A DNA stretch of 64,000 nt, from IMG/VR virus record IMGVR_UViG_3300027708_000023. One strand, 5' to 3'. The stretch comes from a virus. Position 1 is the stretch's first letter. Every line of letters begins with the position of its first letter. The translations under genes and the position numbers were made by a program. Shown in pieces: positions 63,677-64,000 of the stretch. The notes under the pieces were generated by a model. The model saw only the letters and a list, made by a program, of their open reading frames with translations, had not been told where the DNA came from and did no database searches.

Positions 63677-64000
63677 GTTTTTCCTTTTCTTTCTTGTTTT
63701 TCTATTATACAGTATAGACTAGGTGGTTGTCAATACCTTAGAAAATATTTTTTAGTGAGAGGAAGCCGGAAGCCTTTTGATGATTCGGCTACCATAGGCA
63801 GTTTCATCGCCCTCCCATTTGCTCCAACCGGCTTCATACGCTTCGTTTTCAGTATTGAACGGGCCGATGAAGTCGATTTCACAATCCCAAGCGTCGAAAA
63901 CCTGAATGAAATAAGTCATTTTCTTTTCCTTTATCCTATCGTTCTCTTGTGTCTCTATTATAGCTTATCGGCTAGACGGCTGTCAATACCTTAGTAGTAA

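Overview
This 64-kb window looks like part of a large lytic (jumbo-type) phage genome. Almost all genes lie on the minus strand. The host is probably a planctomycete, inferred from a Tat-signal DUF1501 gene, planctomycete-style small secreted proteins and GC-rich acquired genes. The left ~41 kb is AT-rich and densely coding. It carries an S8 protease, a lectin-like protein, an HNH nuclease, an actin-like ATPase, RuvB plus an unusual Zn-ribbon/RuvA-domain-III protein, a RepB-type primase, rIIA/rIIB, a DNA ligase, endonuclease VII, an HhH glycosylase, UvsE, ThyX, three sulfotransferase-like genes, phosphoesterases, a tmRNA and many small hypothetical genes. The window holds 11 tRNAs in total, including rare Ser(ACU) and Ile(UAU), and two non-canonical tRNA-shaped elements. 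From ~45.4 kb to the end, the DNA is a modular array: 16 copies of an exactly 82-bp element (two 11-7-11 palindromic boxes separated by a 24-bp GC-rich spacer) delimit units of [sigma70-like promoter -> short gene(s)], an integron/attC-like architecture. One unit holds no ORF but a ~1-kb sequence whose ends base-pair, a candidate giant structured ncRNA. No integrase, CRISPR array or virion structural module was recognised. All calls are by-eye motif recognition; no database searches were run.
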